A stretch of DNA of 64,000 bases. It comes from a virus. Each line of letters starts with the position of its first letter. Within the stretch, counting starts at the first letter, position 1. Positions 8,017 to 17,026 of this stretch are shown here, one piece after another. The notes under the pieces are model-generated. The model did not search any database. It saw only the letters and a program-made list of their open reading frames with translations, and was not told the origin of the DNA. The DNA lies in IMG/VR virus record IMGVR_UViG_3300013286_000725, positions 32,001-96,000 of that record; one strand, 5' to 3'. The translations under genes and the position numbers were made by a program.

Positions 8017-10686
8017 TTGTATGTAGATGCGTATTTTCAGCGCGATGCTGATATCATTAAAGTGGTAGAGCGTAACAAAGAAGGGCAAAGAATTTTTAAA
8101 GAATTCCCCACTCGTTACACTTTCTACTATCCAGACCCAAAGGGCAAATTCCAAAGTATACACGGAGATCCATTAAGCCGTGTTGTTTGTAAAACCTCAA
8201 AAGATTTCCGCAAGGAAATGTCCATACACAATAATAAAAAGCTGTATGAGGCCGACATTAATCCCATATTCGTTTGCCTAAGCGAAAACTATCTCAATCA
8301 AGACGCTCCAAATTTAAATGTGGCGTTTTGGGATATTGAGGTAGACTTTGATCCAGAGCGAGGCTATGCATCACCCGACGATGCGTTCATGCCAATTACT
8401 GCAATTGCTGTTCACCTGCAATGGTTAGACACGCTGATATGTTTAGCAGTTCCTCCCAAAAAAATGAGTGTGGCCGAAGCACAAGAACTAGTTAAAGATT
8501 TTCCCAATACTCATATCTTTGATAACGAAGCAGACATGTTGGACACATTTCTTAACCTGATCCAAGATGCAGATATCTTGAGTGGTTGGAACAGTGAGGG
8601 CTTTGATATGCCCTACACTGTCAATCGTATTACCAAAGTTCTCAGTAAAGACGACACACGCAGATTATGCCTATGGGATCAGTTTCCCAAGAAGCGTGAG
8701 TATGAAAAATATGGCAAGGCAGCTACAACTTATGATCTTCACGGTCGTGTGCATCTGGACAGTCTCGAACTTTATCGTAAGTATACCTATGAAGAACGCC
8801 ACACATATCGACTAGATGCCATTGGAGAGATGGAGGTAGGCGAAAGTAAAACGGTGTATGAAGGCACACTGGATCAATTGTACAACAACGACTTTAAAAA
8901 GTTTGTTGAATACAACAGACAAGACTGTGCATTGTTGGACAAACTGGACAAGAAACTAAAGTTTATTGACTTGTCAAACAAACTGGCGCATGAGTGTACT
9001 GTGTTGCTACAGACCACTATGGGCGCTGTTGCTGTAACTGAGCAGGCTATCATTAACGAATGCCATCGTAGAGGCATGCAGGTTCCTAATCGTGTCAAAA
9101 TGGATGACCGAGAAGACAACGAAGGTGCCGCTGGTGCTTATGTTGCCTATCCCAAAGAAGGCATTCATGATTGGATTGGTTCATTAGACATTAACAGTCT
9201 TTATCCTAGTGCCATTCGTGCGCTCAACATGGGCCCGGAAACTATTGTTGGACAGTTGCGACAAAAGGCAACACAAGAATACATTGATAATCTTGTGATC
9301 AACAAGGGTAAAAGTTTTGCGGCAGCATGGGAAGGTGTGTTTGGATCCGTTGAATATACTGCTGTAATGAGTAAAGAGATTGGCACAGAAATTACTATAG
9401 ACTGGGAAGACGGCAGTGTTGATGTATTAAGTGCTGCCGAAGTATACAAATTAATTTTTGATAGTCAGCAACCCTTTATCTTAAGTGCAAACGGCACTAT
9501 CTTTACCTACGAAAAAGAAGGTATCATTCCGGGATTACTTAAACGCTGGTATGCAGAGCGTAAAGAAATGCAGGCCAAATTAAAAGATTGTATTAAATCA
9601 GGAAATAAAATTGAAGAAGAATATTGGGATAAACGGCAGTTGGTTAAAAAGATTAATCTTAACAGTTTGTATGGTGCTATTCTTAATCCTGGCTGTAGGT
9701 TTTTTGATAAGCGTATTGGTCAATCAACCACACTTACTGGGCGAGCCATTGCAAAGCACATGGCTTCAAAGGTAAATGAAATTATAACCGGAGAATTTAA
9801 TCATGTGGGTAAAGCCATTATCTACGGTGATACTGACTCATGTTATTTTAGTGCTTACAAGACGCTGAAGAAAGAAATTGACAAAGGATCAATTCCTTGG
9901 ACTAAAGAAACCGTTGTACAACTGTATGATCAAATTGGGGAAGAAGTCAATACCACATTTCCGCAGTTTATGCTAGATGCATTTCATGTGCCAAAGACTC
10001 GTGGTGAAGTTATCAAAGCCGGTCGTGAGATTGTGGGATCAAAAAGTCTGTTCATTACCAAAAAACGCTATGCAGTCTTGTACTATGACAAGGAAGGCAA
10101 ACGCAGTGATGTGGATGGAAAACCTGGCAAGATCAAAGCCATGGGCTTGGATTTGAAGCGTAGTGATACCCCTGAATTTATTCAAAACTTCTTGAGTGAT
10201 ATATTGGAGAAAGTTCTAACAGGAGCAGACGAACAGGCAGTATTGAACTTTATTACTGACTTCCGTACAGAATTTAAGAGTCGTCCTGGTTGGGAAAAAG
10301 GTAGTCCTAAACGAGCTAATAAGATTACCGAATATCAAGCCAAAGAAGTCAAAGCGGGCAAAGCTAACATGCCCGGTCATGTGAGAGCAAGTATCAATTG
10401 GAATACACTCAAACGCATGTTCGGCGACAAATATTCAATGGGTATTACCGACGGTGCCAAAGTAATCGTTTGTAAACTCAAAGAAAATCCATTGGGGTTT
10501 ACTTCAGTGGCATATCCAGTAGACGAGTTACGCTTGCCTAAATGGTTTAAAGATCTGCCATTTGATCACGAAGAAATGGAAACCACGATCATTGACAACA
10601 AATTAGACAACCTTATCGGTGTACTTAATTGGGATGTCAGATCAACCGAACAGACAAATACTTTCAATAAATTATTTGACTTCTAA
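8017..10686 (+). CDS. family B DNA polymerase (T4 gp43-like), TTG start
   Basis: ExoI WDIEVD, ExoII GWNSEGFD, ExoIII YNRQD; SLDINSLYPS, KINLNSLYG, YGDTDS, KKRY. Confidence 0.97.
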   Translation: MYVDAYFQRDADIIKVVERNKEGQRIFKEFPTRYTFYYPDPKGKFQSIHGDPLSRVVCKTSKDFRKEMSIHNNKKLYEADINPIFVCLSENYLNQDAPNLNVAFWDIEVDFDPERGYASPDDAFMPITAIAVHLQWLDTLICLAVPPKKMSVAEAQELVKDFPNTHIFDNEADMLDTFLNLIQDADILSGWNSEGFDMPYTVNRITKVLSKDDTRRLCLWDQFPKKREYEKYGKAATTYDLHGRVHLDSLELYRKYTYEERHTYRLDAIGEMEVGESKTVYEGTLDQLYNNDFKKFVEYNRQDCALLDKLDKKLKFIDLSNKLAHECTVLLQTTMGAVAVTEQAIINECHRRGMQVPNRVKMDDREDNEGAAGAYVAYPKEGIHDWIGSLDINSLYPSAIRALNMGPETIVGQLRQKATQEYIDNLVINKGKSFAAAWEGVFGSVEYTAVMSKEIGTEITIDWEDGSVDVLSAAEVYKLIFDSQQPFILSANGTIFTYEKEGIIPGLLKRWYAERKEMQAKLKDCIKSGNKIEEEYWDKRQLVKKINLNSLYGAILNPGCRFFDKRIGQSTTLTGRAIAKHMASKVNEIITGEFNHVGKAIIYGDTDSCYFSAYKTLKKEIDKGSIPWTKETVVQLYDQIGEEVNTTFPQFMLDAFHVPKTRGEVIKAGREIVGSKSLFITKKRYAVLYYDKEGKRSDVDGKPGKIKAMGLDLKRSDTPEFIQNFLSDILEKVLTGADEQAVLNFITDFRTEFKSRPGWEKGSPKRANKITEYQAKEVKAGKANMPGHVRASINWNTLKRMFGDKYSMGITDGAKVIVCKLKENPLGFTSVAYPVDELRLPKWFKDLPFDHEEMETTIIDNKLDNLIGVLNWDVRSTEQTNTFNKLFDF

Positions 10687-10704
10687 AGAAAAAATCTATA
10701 TACT
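10676..10704 (+). promoter_or_regulatory. sigma70 promoter overlapping the polymerase 3' end
   Basis: TTGACT-N17-TATACT. Confidence 0.65.
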
Positions 10705-10724
10705 ATATTATAAAAGGAAAAATC

Positions 10725-11456
10725 ATGCAAGACATTTTAAAAGACCTAGTAGCACATACACACAGTTTGGGTGTTATCCCTGTAATTAAAATCACAGGCA
10801 ATAGCAAAGAGACTGTTATTGAATCAATGGCTGAAGATCGTTCAGTTATTATCAATGCTAAAACACATGCGCCAGTTGCTGAGTTTTGTGGTACATTCGG
10901 TATGTCTAACTTAGACAAACTATCTTTACACTTGAAGAATCCAGAGTACAAAGAAAATGCAAAAATTCAAGTTGTACATGCTGAACGCAATGGTGAAGAA
11001 ATCCCAGTCAGTCTACACTTTGAAAACGAAACAGGTGACTTTGAGAACGATTACAGACTCATGAGTCAAGAAGTTATTGCTGAGAAACTTAAAAAGGTCA
11101 ACTTCAAAGGTGCTCAATGGTCCATTGACTTTGAACCTGCTGTTGCCAGTATTCAAAGACTGCGATTGCAGGCCGCGGCACACTCAGAAGAAAACTGTTT
11201 CCAAGTTAAGACAGAAAAAGATAATCTTGTGTTCTTCTTTGGGGATGCAAGCACACACGCAGGCTCATTCACATTCCAATCAAATATTGATGGCAAATTG
11301 AAACAGGCATGGTCATGGCCCGTGACACAAGTTATGAGTATTCTTGCTCTTGACGGCAACAAGACCATGCGCATTGCAGATGCAGGTGCTATGCAAATTA
11401 CTGTTGACAGCGGTCTTGTTGAATACAATTATATTTTACCCGCACAAAGCAAGTGA
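10725..11456 (+). CDS. probable DNA sliding clamp (gp45-like)
   Basis: 243 aa, beta-rich two-domain pattern, directly after the polymerase, ends with YNYILPA; inferred from context. Confidence 0.6.
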   Translation: MQDILKDLVAHTHSLGVIPVIKITGNSKETVIESMAEDRSVIINAKTHAPVAEFCGTFGMSNLDKLSLHLKNPEYKENAKIQVVHAERNGEEIPVSLHFENETGDFENDYRLMSQEVIAEKLKKVNFKGAQWSIDFEPAVASIQRLRLQAAAHSEENCFQVKTEKDNLVFFFGDASTHAGSFTFQSNIDGKLKQAWSWPVTQVMSILALDGNKTMRIADAGAMQITVDSGLVEYNYILPAQSK

Positions 11457-13138
11457 TGAATAAAAATCTAACAGCTACACAAAACGACTACGCATATTTT
11501 TTGCCGGCAACTAGTGGCTTTTACAGCACTTTTATCGGCAAACAACGCTACGGGAATTATGTGGATCCTGCTCGTGTTCCGCCCAGTCTAACTAACAGTG
11601 TAGAAAGTCTCAATTATCTAAATCCAGATAAAGGTGCATTTTACTTTGATCATTGTTTATATTCGGCAGGACACGCCAACTTAGATTTGACCAAACCAGA
11701 TGAAACCGAAGACATGTTTCGTAATAGAGATCGTAGCACAAGTTGGGTGTTGGGCGACTCGGGTGGATTCCAGATTGGTAAGGGTGTGTGGGAAGGCGAG
11801 TGGCGTGATCCTACAGGACCTGAAGTTGCCGCCAAATGGGCAGAAGTCAATGCATTAGGCATTGAACTGGTACCACAGTTCCATCCTACTGGTCATCCCA
11901 AGACTGACAAGAACGGCAATCAAAAGTTTACCCGAGTAGATCATCCTAAGCTCTATCAGGCTCGTTTAGATGCCGCACAAAAGAAGCGTGAACAAGTGTT
12001 AACTTGGATGGATGCACTGATGGATTATGGCATGGTACTTGATATTCCAGCTTGGGTTGAGCGTAGTCCTGCAGGTTGTAAGGCAACTGGTATTGAATCA
12101 TATCAACAGGCAGTTAATGCCACTAGGTATAATAACGAGTATTTTATCAAACATCGCGATGGCAACTGCAAGTTCCTTAATGTGTTGCAAGGCGAAACAC
12201 ACGATCAAGCAGAAGATTGGTATCATCAAGTCAAAGACTTTTGTGATACTAAGATCTATGGTGACAAAGCATTTAATGGTTGGGGTATGGGTGGACAAAA
12301 CATGTGTGATATTCACCTTGTACTCAAACGCCTAGTGGCTCTACGCTTTGACGGATTGTTAGAGCAGGGTCAACATGACTGGATGCACTTCTTAGGCACA
12401 TCAAAGTTAGAATGGGCTGTGCTGTTGACTGATATCCAGCGAGCTGTTCGCAAGTATCATAATCCCAACTTTACTATCAGTTTCGACTGTGCTAGTCCTT
12501 TCTTAGCCACTGCTAATGGACAGATTTATATCAACACAGAAACCGAAGATCGTACCAAATGGGTTTATCGTATGCAGGCGTCGGCTGATGATAAAAAGTA
12601 TGCCACTGATAGCCGACTGTTTAAAGATGCAGTATTGCAAGATAAAATATTTGAGAAGTTTGAATCAAGTCCAATTATTGATCAACTTGAAATGAAAGAT
12701 ATTTGTATCTATGCTCCGGGCGATCTAAATAAGAATGGTAAGGAAGGCGCAACCAGTTGGGATTCATTTAGCTATGCGTTAATGATGGGTCATAATGTGT
12801 GGATGCATTTGAACGCAGTACAAGAAGCCAATCGTCAATATGATTTGGGCAAATTGCCTGCCATGCTAGTTGACGAACGCTTTGATAGAGTGTATTATAA
12901 AGACATAGTAGAAGCAATATTTGCCTGTGATAACAGAGACGATGCTAACGCTATTGTCGAACATTACAGTAAATTTTGGATGATGATTATCGGTACACGA
13001 GGTGCAACTGGTAAAAAGACAGTTAATGCACATACAAAGGCAGAAGAATTTGGTATTCCTATGGTGGATTTTTCCGATTTAAAAATAATTAAAAAAGAAG
13101 AATCTAAAGAAAATAACTTTGCAGAACTATTTGAATGA
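11453..13138 (+). CDS. dpdA: DpdA / tRNA-guanine transglycosylase-like DNA base-exchange enzyme
   Basis: TGT motifs GDSGGFQ, LDIP, LNVLQG, HFLG, SFDCAS; linked to folE, queD-like and queE. Confidence 0.82.
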   Translation: MMNKNLTATQNDYAYFLPATSGFYSTFIGKQRYGNYVDPARVPPSLTNSVESLNYLNPDKGAFYFDHCLYSAGHANLDLTKPDETEDMFRNRDRSTSWVLGDSGGFQIGKGVWEGEWRDPTGPEVAAKWAEVNALGIELVPQFHPTGHPKTDKNGNQKFTRVDHPKLYQARLDAAQKKREQVLTWMDALMDYGMVLDIPAWVERSPAGCKATGIESYQQAVNATRYNNEYFIKHRDGNCKFLNVLQGETHDQAEDWYHQVKDFCDTKIYGDKAFNGWGMGGQNMCDIHLVLKRLVALRFDGLLEQGQHDWMHFLGTSKLEWAVLLTDIQRAVRKYHNPNFTISFDCASPFLATANGQIYINTETEDRTKWVYRMQASADDKKYATDSRLFKDAVLQDKIFEKFESSPIIDQLEMKDICIYAPGDLNKNGKEGATSWDSFSYALMMGHNVWMHLNAVQEANRQYDLGKLPAMLVDERFDRVYYKDIVEAIFACDNRDDANAIVEHYSKFWMMIIGTRGATGKKTVNAHTKAEEFGIPMVDFSDLKIIKKEESKENNFAELFE

Positions 13139-13386
13139 CATTACCAGACGAAAGATATCGAGCAGTAGTACAGACTCAAAAGTTTTTACTTGAGATTTTG
13201 TCTACTGCTCGAGTTCCTAAAAAAATTAAAGATGATGCTAGGTGGTGTTTGCGTCATTATCCCAGCGAATATGATATGCAGATTGCGGCAATAGGTGCTC
13301 CCGAAGTGTTTCAAAAACAGATGGAACCTGTGACTAGATTGTTTAAAGTGTACGAACAAACAAAGGCTGAAAAAAATGAAGCGTGA
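13135..13386 (+). CDS. small hypothetical protein (BPSL0761-like)
   Basis: MTLPDERYRAV...ARWCLRHYP pattern; ATGA overlap. Confidence 0.7.
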   Translation: MTLPDERYRAVVQTQKFLLEILSTARVPKKIKDDARWCLRHYPSEYDMQIAAIGAPEVFQKQMEPVTRLFKVYEQTKAEKNEA

Positions 13387-13888
13387 TTATGCCAGTGGTC
13401 AATCAGAAACTGCTGTATTCTTCACAGGAATTGAAGTAGAGCATACACCTGCGTTTGGCATGCCTACACTGTTTGTCACAGGAGTTCAATCAGTAGATGA
13501 AATTGCATCAAATTTAAATGAATGTAAGCATATCTTCTTTGGTGCTAATCACAGTTTCAATCCACAGAACAATCTAGATTGGCAACGCTGGGAAACTATG
13601 ATCACATACTTTTTAGATAAAGATTACCTGTGCAGTCTAGACATTCCATTATCAGCAGTTGAAGAATTCAACGACGGCGGTATGAATGACTACAATAATT
13701 TTATCCCACAGATAAGAGTGCCAATTCCTTATGTAAAACTGTGGAATTATAATACAATGCTTAAAATAGATGACAAAGATTTTAAGGCAACAAATCCAGG
13801 CGTGTGGACTCATAGTCTACATGATTTAAAAACCCGTGATAAGTTTACCCCTTGGAGTGCTTACACAAATGACACTATTATTAAATGA
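13376..13888 (+). CDS. hypothetical protein within the deazaguanine cluster
   Basis: Coupled ORF between dpdA and the queD-like gene; HIFFGANHSF and ATNPGVW motifs. Confidence 0.75.
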   Translation: MKRDYASGQSETAVFFTGIEVEHTPAFGMPTLFVTGVQSVDEIASNLNECKHIFFGANHSFNPQNNLDWQRWETMITYFLDKDYLCSLDIPLSAVEEFNDGGMNDYNNFIPQIRVPIPYVKLWNYNTMLKIDDKDFKATNPGVWTHSLHDLKTRDKFTPWSAYTNDTIIK

Positions 13889-14274
13889 TTATCAAACAGG
13901 ACATCAGACCTAATAAAATGATTTGGACTACCTTTTGCAAAGAAGGCATGCACAAATATCCAGCCGCACTTACAGATCCAGCACTTGCTACAGGTGATGA
14001 ATATGATGTGAGTTTTCTAGGCTATCCGCACCGTCACATCTTCCACTTCAAAGTTTGGATTGGTGTCACACATGACGACCGTGATATTGAGTTTATTCAG
14101 TTCAAACGATGGTTGCTAAATCTCTACAAAGACAGTATACTAGCGTTAGACTACAAGAGTTGCGAAATGATTTCAGGTGATTTATATGAAGTCATTTCAC
14201 AAAAGTATCCCAATCGTGAGATTTGGATTGAGGTCTCCGAAGACGGAGAAAATGGTTCATTTATTAAGTACTAA
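13885..14274 (+). CDS. queD: QueD-like / 6-pyruvoyl-tetrahydropterin synthase T-fold protein
   Basis: HRH metal motif, DIEFIQFK, SCEMI and VSEDGENG; non-canonical, lacks CxxxHGH. Confidence 0.68.
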   Translation: MIIKQDIRPNKMIWTTFCKEGMHKYPAALTDPALATGDEYDVSFLGYPHRHIFHFKVWIGVTHDDRDIEFIQFKRWLLNLYKDSILALDYKSCEMISGDLYEVISQKYPNREIWIEVSEDGENGSFIKY

Positions 14275-14286
14275 GGAAAAGCTATC

Positions 14287-14547
14287 ATGGCTAAAATTAA
14301 TTACAGAGATTTTTCATATTTTGACAACCGTCCGGACATTGTTAAAATCTTTGACGATTTAGAAAAACTACACAACTTCTGCCGTATTGAGATGTTGCCT
14401 TTTAATGAGGCAGATTTGTATAATCGTAATAGTCAAGTTTGGAACAGCTATTACCATAGCACACGACCACGCAAGCCACGCGGTGAATGGCAACAACGCG
14501 GTGAATACAATCGCAGTGGGAATAACAATCGTAACTATCAACGATGA
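14287..14547 (+). CDS. hypothetical protein (86 aa) with Arg/Asn-rich tail
   Basis: AAGGA RBS; intact ORF. Confidence 0.75.
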   Translation: MAKINYRDFSYFDNRPDIVKIFDDLEKLHNFCRIEMLPFNEADLYNRNSQVWNSYYHSTRPRKPRGEWQQRGEYNRSGNNNRNYQR

Positions 14548-14591
14548 TTTATATAGTTGACATTGAAGCGGTTGATACTATAATTTTTTGA
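14544..14591 (+). pseudogene. vestigial 5' stub of a glycosyltransferase (MIYIVDIEAVDT-IIF*)
   Basis: ATGA-coupled 15-residue ORF aligning with the N-terminus of the downstream GT (IWIFSLECLET). Confidence 0.6.
14557..14584 (+). promoter_or_regulatory. sigma70 promoter inside the stub
   Basis: TTGACA-N16-TATAAT. Confidence 0.7.
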
Positions 14592-14716
14592 TAATGTATC
14601 GTTTCTTAAACGGAGTTGTTTGATAACTAGCAGCCCATCTAGCAGACGATACAGAAAAATTATTGTTGATAATCTTTTACCTTACACAGTTTCTTAAACT
14701 CACGGAGGCTTATTTA

Positions 14717-15832
14717 ATGAAACCCACAATTTGGATTTTCTCCCTTGAGTGTTTGGAGACCCGTTATACAAAACAATGGCACGAACACATTCCAAAATTA
14801 CTTAAACATAAGTTAGGCAATAAGTTTAATGTTGTTCAGGTCGACGGCGTTCAAAAGAATAGCCAACTCACTCCCGGTGCTTTCTTGAATTTTTCAGATA
14901 CCAACTATTGGAAAAGTTCTCAGTTATGTAATTTTTTAGAGCATCACAATAGGGGCGAGACTTCTACTGACGATCACATCCTTTTTACAGACGCATGGAA
15001 TCCTACAGTTATTCAACTCAAATATATAAAGGATCTATTAGGCTTTAACTGGACACTCCACGGACTATTTCATAGTGGATCATACGATAACCAAGACTTT
15101 TTAGGTCGACTAGTTGGCAATAAGCCTTGGGTTAGAAACGCTGAAAAAAGCTTCTTTCACGCATTTGATCACAACTACTTTGCTACCAAGTTTCACATTG
15201 AATTGTTTCATAGAGAACTGCTCAACGGTGGATTGCAAACTGAAAACCCATGGTACGAAGACGAGCTTGCAGAAATAATGAATGGCGAATATCCAAGTAT
15301 TGTTCGTACTGGCTGGCCCATGGAGTATATGGATTCAACTTTGACCATGTATAAAAACATGCCCAAGCGTGATCTTATCTTGTTTCCGCATCGCATTGCT
15401 CCAGAAAAGCAAGTTGATATATTCCGTGATTTAGCTACACACTTGCCACAATATGAATTTGTAGTTTGTCAGGATCAACAACTGACTAAAAACGAATATC
15501 ATAATTTGTTGGGAGAAGCTAAACTAGTGTTTAGTGCTAACCTTCAAGAAACACTTGGCATTAGTTGTTACGAAGGTGCTGTAGTAGATGCCATTCCAAT
15601 GGTGCCTGATAGACTTAGCTATACAGAAATGTATTATGATACATTTAAGTATCCAAGTGAATGGACAGAAAGTTTTGAAGCGTATGACACTTGTAGACAA
15701 TCTTTATGTTTCAAAATTATACAGTATATGGACAATTATACTAGTTTTGTTCCACAAGTAAAAAAACAAGCAAAGGACCTACATGACAACTTCTTCAGTG
15801 CCAACGGACTACTCAACAATATTAAGCAGTGA
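14717..15832 (+). CDS. GT-B fold glycosyltransferase (GT4-like)
   Basis: CGGAGG RBS before ATG 14717; FPHRIAPEKQ and ANLQETLGISCYEG (E-x7-E) donor-binding motifs. Confidence 0.85.
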   Translation: MKPTIWIFSLECLETRYTKQWHEHIPKLLKHKLGNKFNVVQVDGVQKNSQLTPGAFLNFSDTNYWKSSQLCNFLEHHNRGETSTDDHILFTDAWNPTVIQLKYIKDLLGFNWTLHGLFHSGSYDNQDFLGRLVGNKPWVRNAEKSFFHAFDHNYFATKFHIELFHRELLNGGLQTENPWYEDELAEIMNGEYPSIVRTGWPMEYMDSTLTMYKNMPKRDLILFPHRIAPEKQVDIFRDLATHLPQYEFVVCQDQQLTKNEYHNLLGEAKLVFSANLQETLGISCYEGAVVDAIPMVPDRLSYTEMYYDTFKYPSEWTESFEAYDTCRQSLCFKIIQYMDNYTSFVPQVKKQAKDLHDNFFSANGLLNNIKQ

Positions 15833-16184
15833 CACTATTACTATTACTGGGTACGAACCTAGTAATTTTAGCACTATACAACCACTGACTACTAATCAAA
15901 TAGTTACTATCGGTTCAAGTAATAGTAGTGTGTATTATACTGCACCCAGTATGACAACTATGTCAACTATTAACTCTGGTTCCATTAATACTGTCTCTAT
16001 TGACACCAACTTGTGGAATACATCTTTTAATTTGCCGATTGATTGGGTAGATGCTTTTCCGTCTTGGGATAAAGTTCAAGACATGTGCAAGCAATATCCC
16101 AGTTTAGAAATAGCACTTAGAAATTTTCAAACCATCTATCAGCTTGTGAAAGACGACTATGATAATCCAGCGCCTAAAAAATAA
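15783..16184 (+). CDS. hypothetical protein with Thr/Ser-rich N-terminus
   Basis: AGGA RBS; overlaps GT end; helical C-terminal domain. Confidence 0.7.
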   Translation: MTTSSVPTDYSTILSSDTITITGYEPSNFSTIQPLTTNQIVTIGSSNSSVYYTAPSMTTMSTINSGSINTVSIDTNLWNTSFNLPIDWVDAFPSWDKVQDMCKQYPSLEIALRNFQTIYQLVKDDYDNPAPKK

Positions 16185-16632
16185 GTTTTTTTCTTTTTTA
16201 GAAAAGCACGACCGTAAACGAATAATCATGGATCGGCAATGCGACGAACCACTGTTGACTCGTTACTACTTGTTTTTGAAAGATCGTAAACAGTTTCCTT
16301 TCAATGTGTTCTTACACAAGTTTCACAAAGGCGATCCTGGAGATGTGCATGATCATCCTTGGCCATACGCTACATTGATACTGGCAGGCGGCTACTACGA
16401 ATACACTCCTAATTTTGAATACGGCCAAATGGTCAGTGAAACCAAACACTGGCGTGGCCCTGGGCATTTTAGATTTTGCAGTGCCAACAGCTATCACCGC
16501 ATAGAATTAAAAGAAGGCGTTACTCCTTGGACACTGTTTATGCCTGGTCCACAACGACAAGAATGGGGATTCTGGGTAAACAACAAATGGATTCATAATG
16601 ACAACTACCTCGAAGACCGTAAAAACAGTTAA
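16159..16632 (+). CDS. cupin-fold protein
   Basis: HDHPW...GGYYE...YHRIEL cupin metal motifs. Confidence 0.78.
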   Translation: MIIQRLKNKFFSFLEKHDRKRIIMDRQCDEPLLTRYYLFLKDRKQFPFNVFLHKFHKGDPGDVHDHPWPYATLILAGGYYEYTPNFEYGQMVSETKHWRGPGHFRFCSANSYHRIELKEGVTPWTLFMPGPQRQEWGFWVNNKWIHNDNYLEDRKNS

Positions 16633-17026
16633 TACTGTTACAACTACACATGGCACAAGCCACCCATTATACGGTGCGGTACCGCCCGCAAGTCCGTTCC
16701 CTATTGGAAAAGTTTATACAACTAATAATACAGGATCGGCTGGACAGTTTTTAACAAGTGGGTCTAACGGAACTAATTGGACTAATTCAACTGACAATGT
16801 ATTGGTTGTCAAACAAGATCCTGCTATTTTAGAGGTTAAAGGTCGGATGATACTTAACGGACAAGACTTAGAAGAACGGTTAAACACAATAGAAAAAGTC
16901 TTGCGTATTCCCGAGCGAGATGTTATACTTGAGAAGAAGCATCCAAAGCTAAAAAAACTGTATGATGAATACATTCAAGCATTGGGTAAGTACAGAACAT
17001 TTGAAGCAATTAAAGGAGATGAATAA
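16598..17026 (+). CDS. hypothetical protein with Thr-rich N-terminus and coiled-coil C-terminus
   Basis: Intact ORF within the operon. Confidence 0.7.
   Translation: MTTTSKTVKTVNTVTTTHGTSHPLYGAVPPASPFPIGKVYTTNNTGSAGQFLTSGSNGTNWTNSTDNVLVVKQDPAILEVKGRMILNGQDLEERLNTIEKVLRIPERDVILEKKHPKLKKLYDEYIQALGKYRTFEAIKGDE

Noticed and set aside
9230-9500. Possible intein in the polymerase insertion after SLYPS
   Set aside because: No Cys/Ser start with His-Asn end and no endonuclease motifs; it looks like an ordinary domain insertion.
14478-14508. Direct repeat ACGCGGTGAAT x2
   Set aside because: Explained by a coding repeat (RGEW/RGEY) in a low-complexity tail.
14663-14716. ORF-track TTG start for the glycosyltransferase
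   Set aside because: No RBS there; CGGAGG precedes ATG 14717.
14544-14765. T4 gene 60-like translational bypass or intron joining the stub to the GT
   Set aside because: Take-off and landing codons do not match (ACT vs ACC), no group I/II core is recognisable, and the downstream gene has its own RBS and complete N-terminus.
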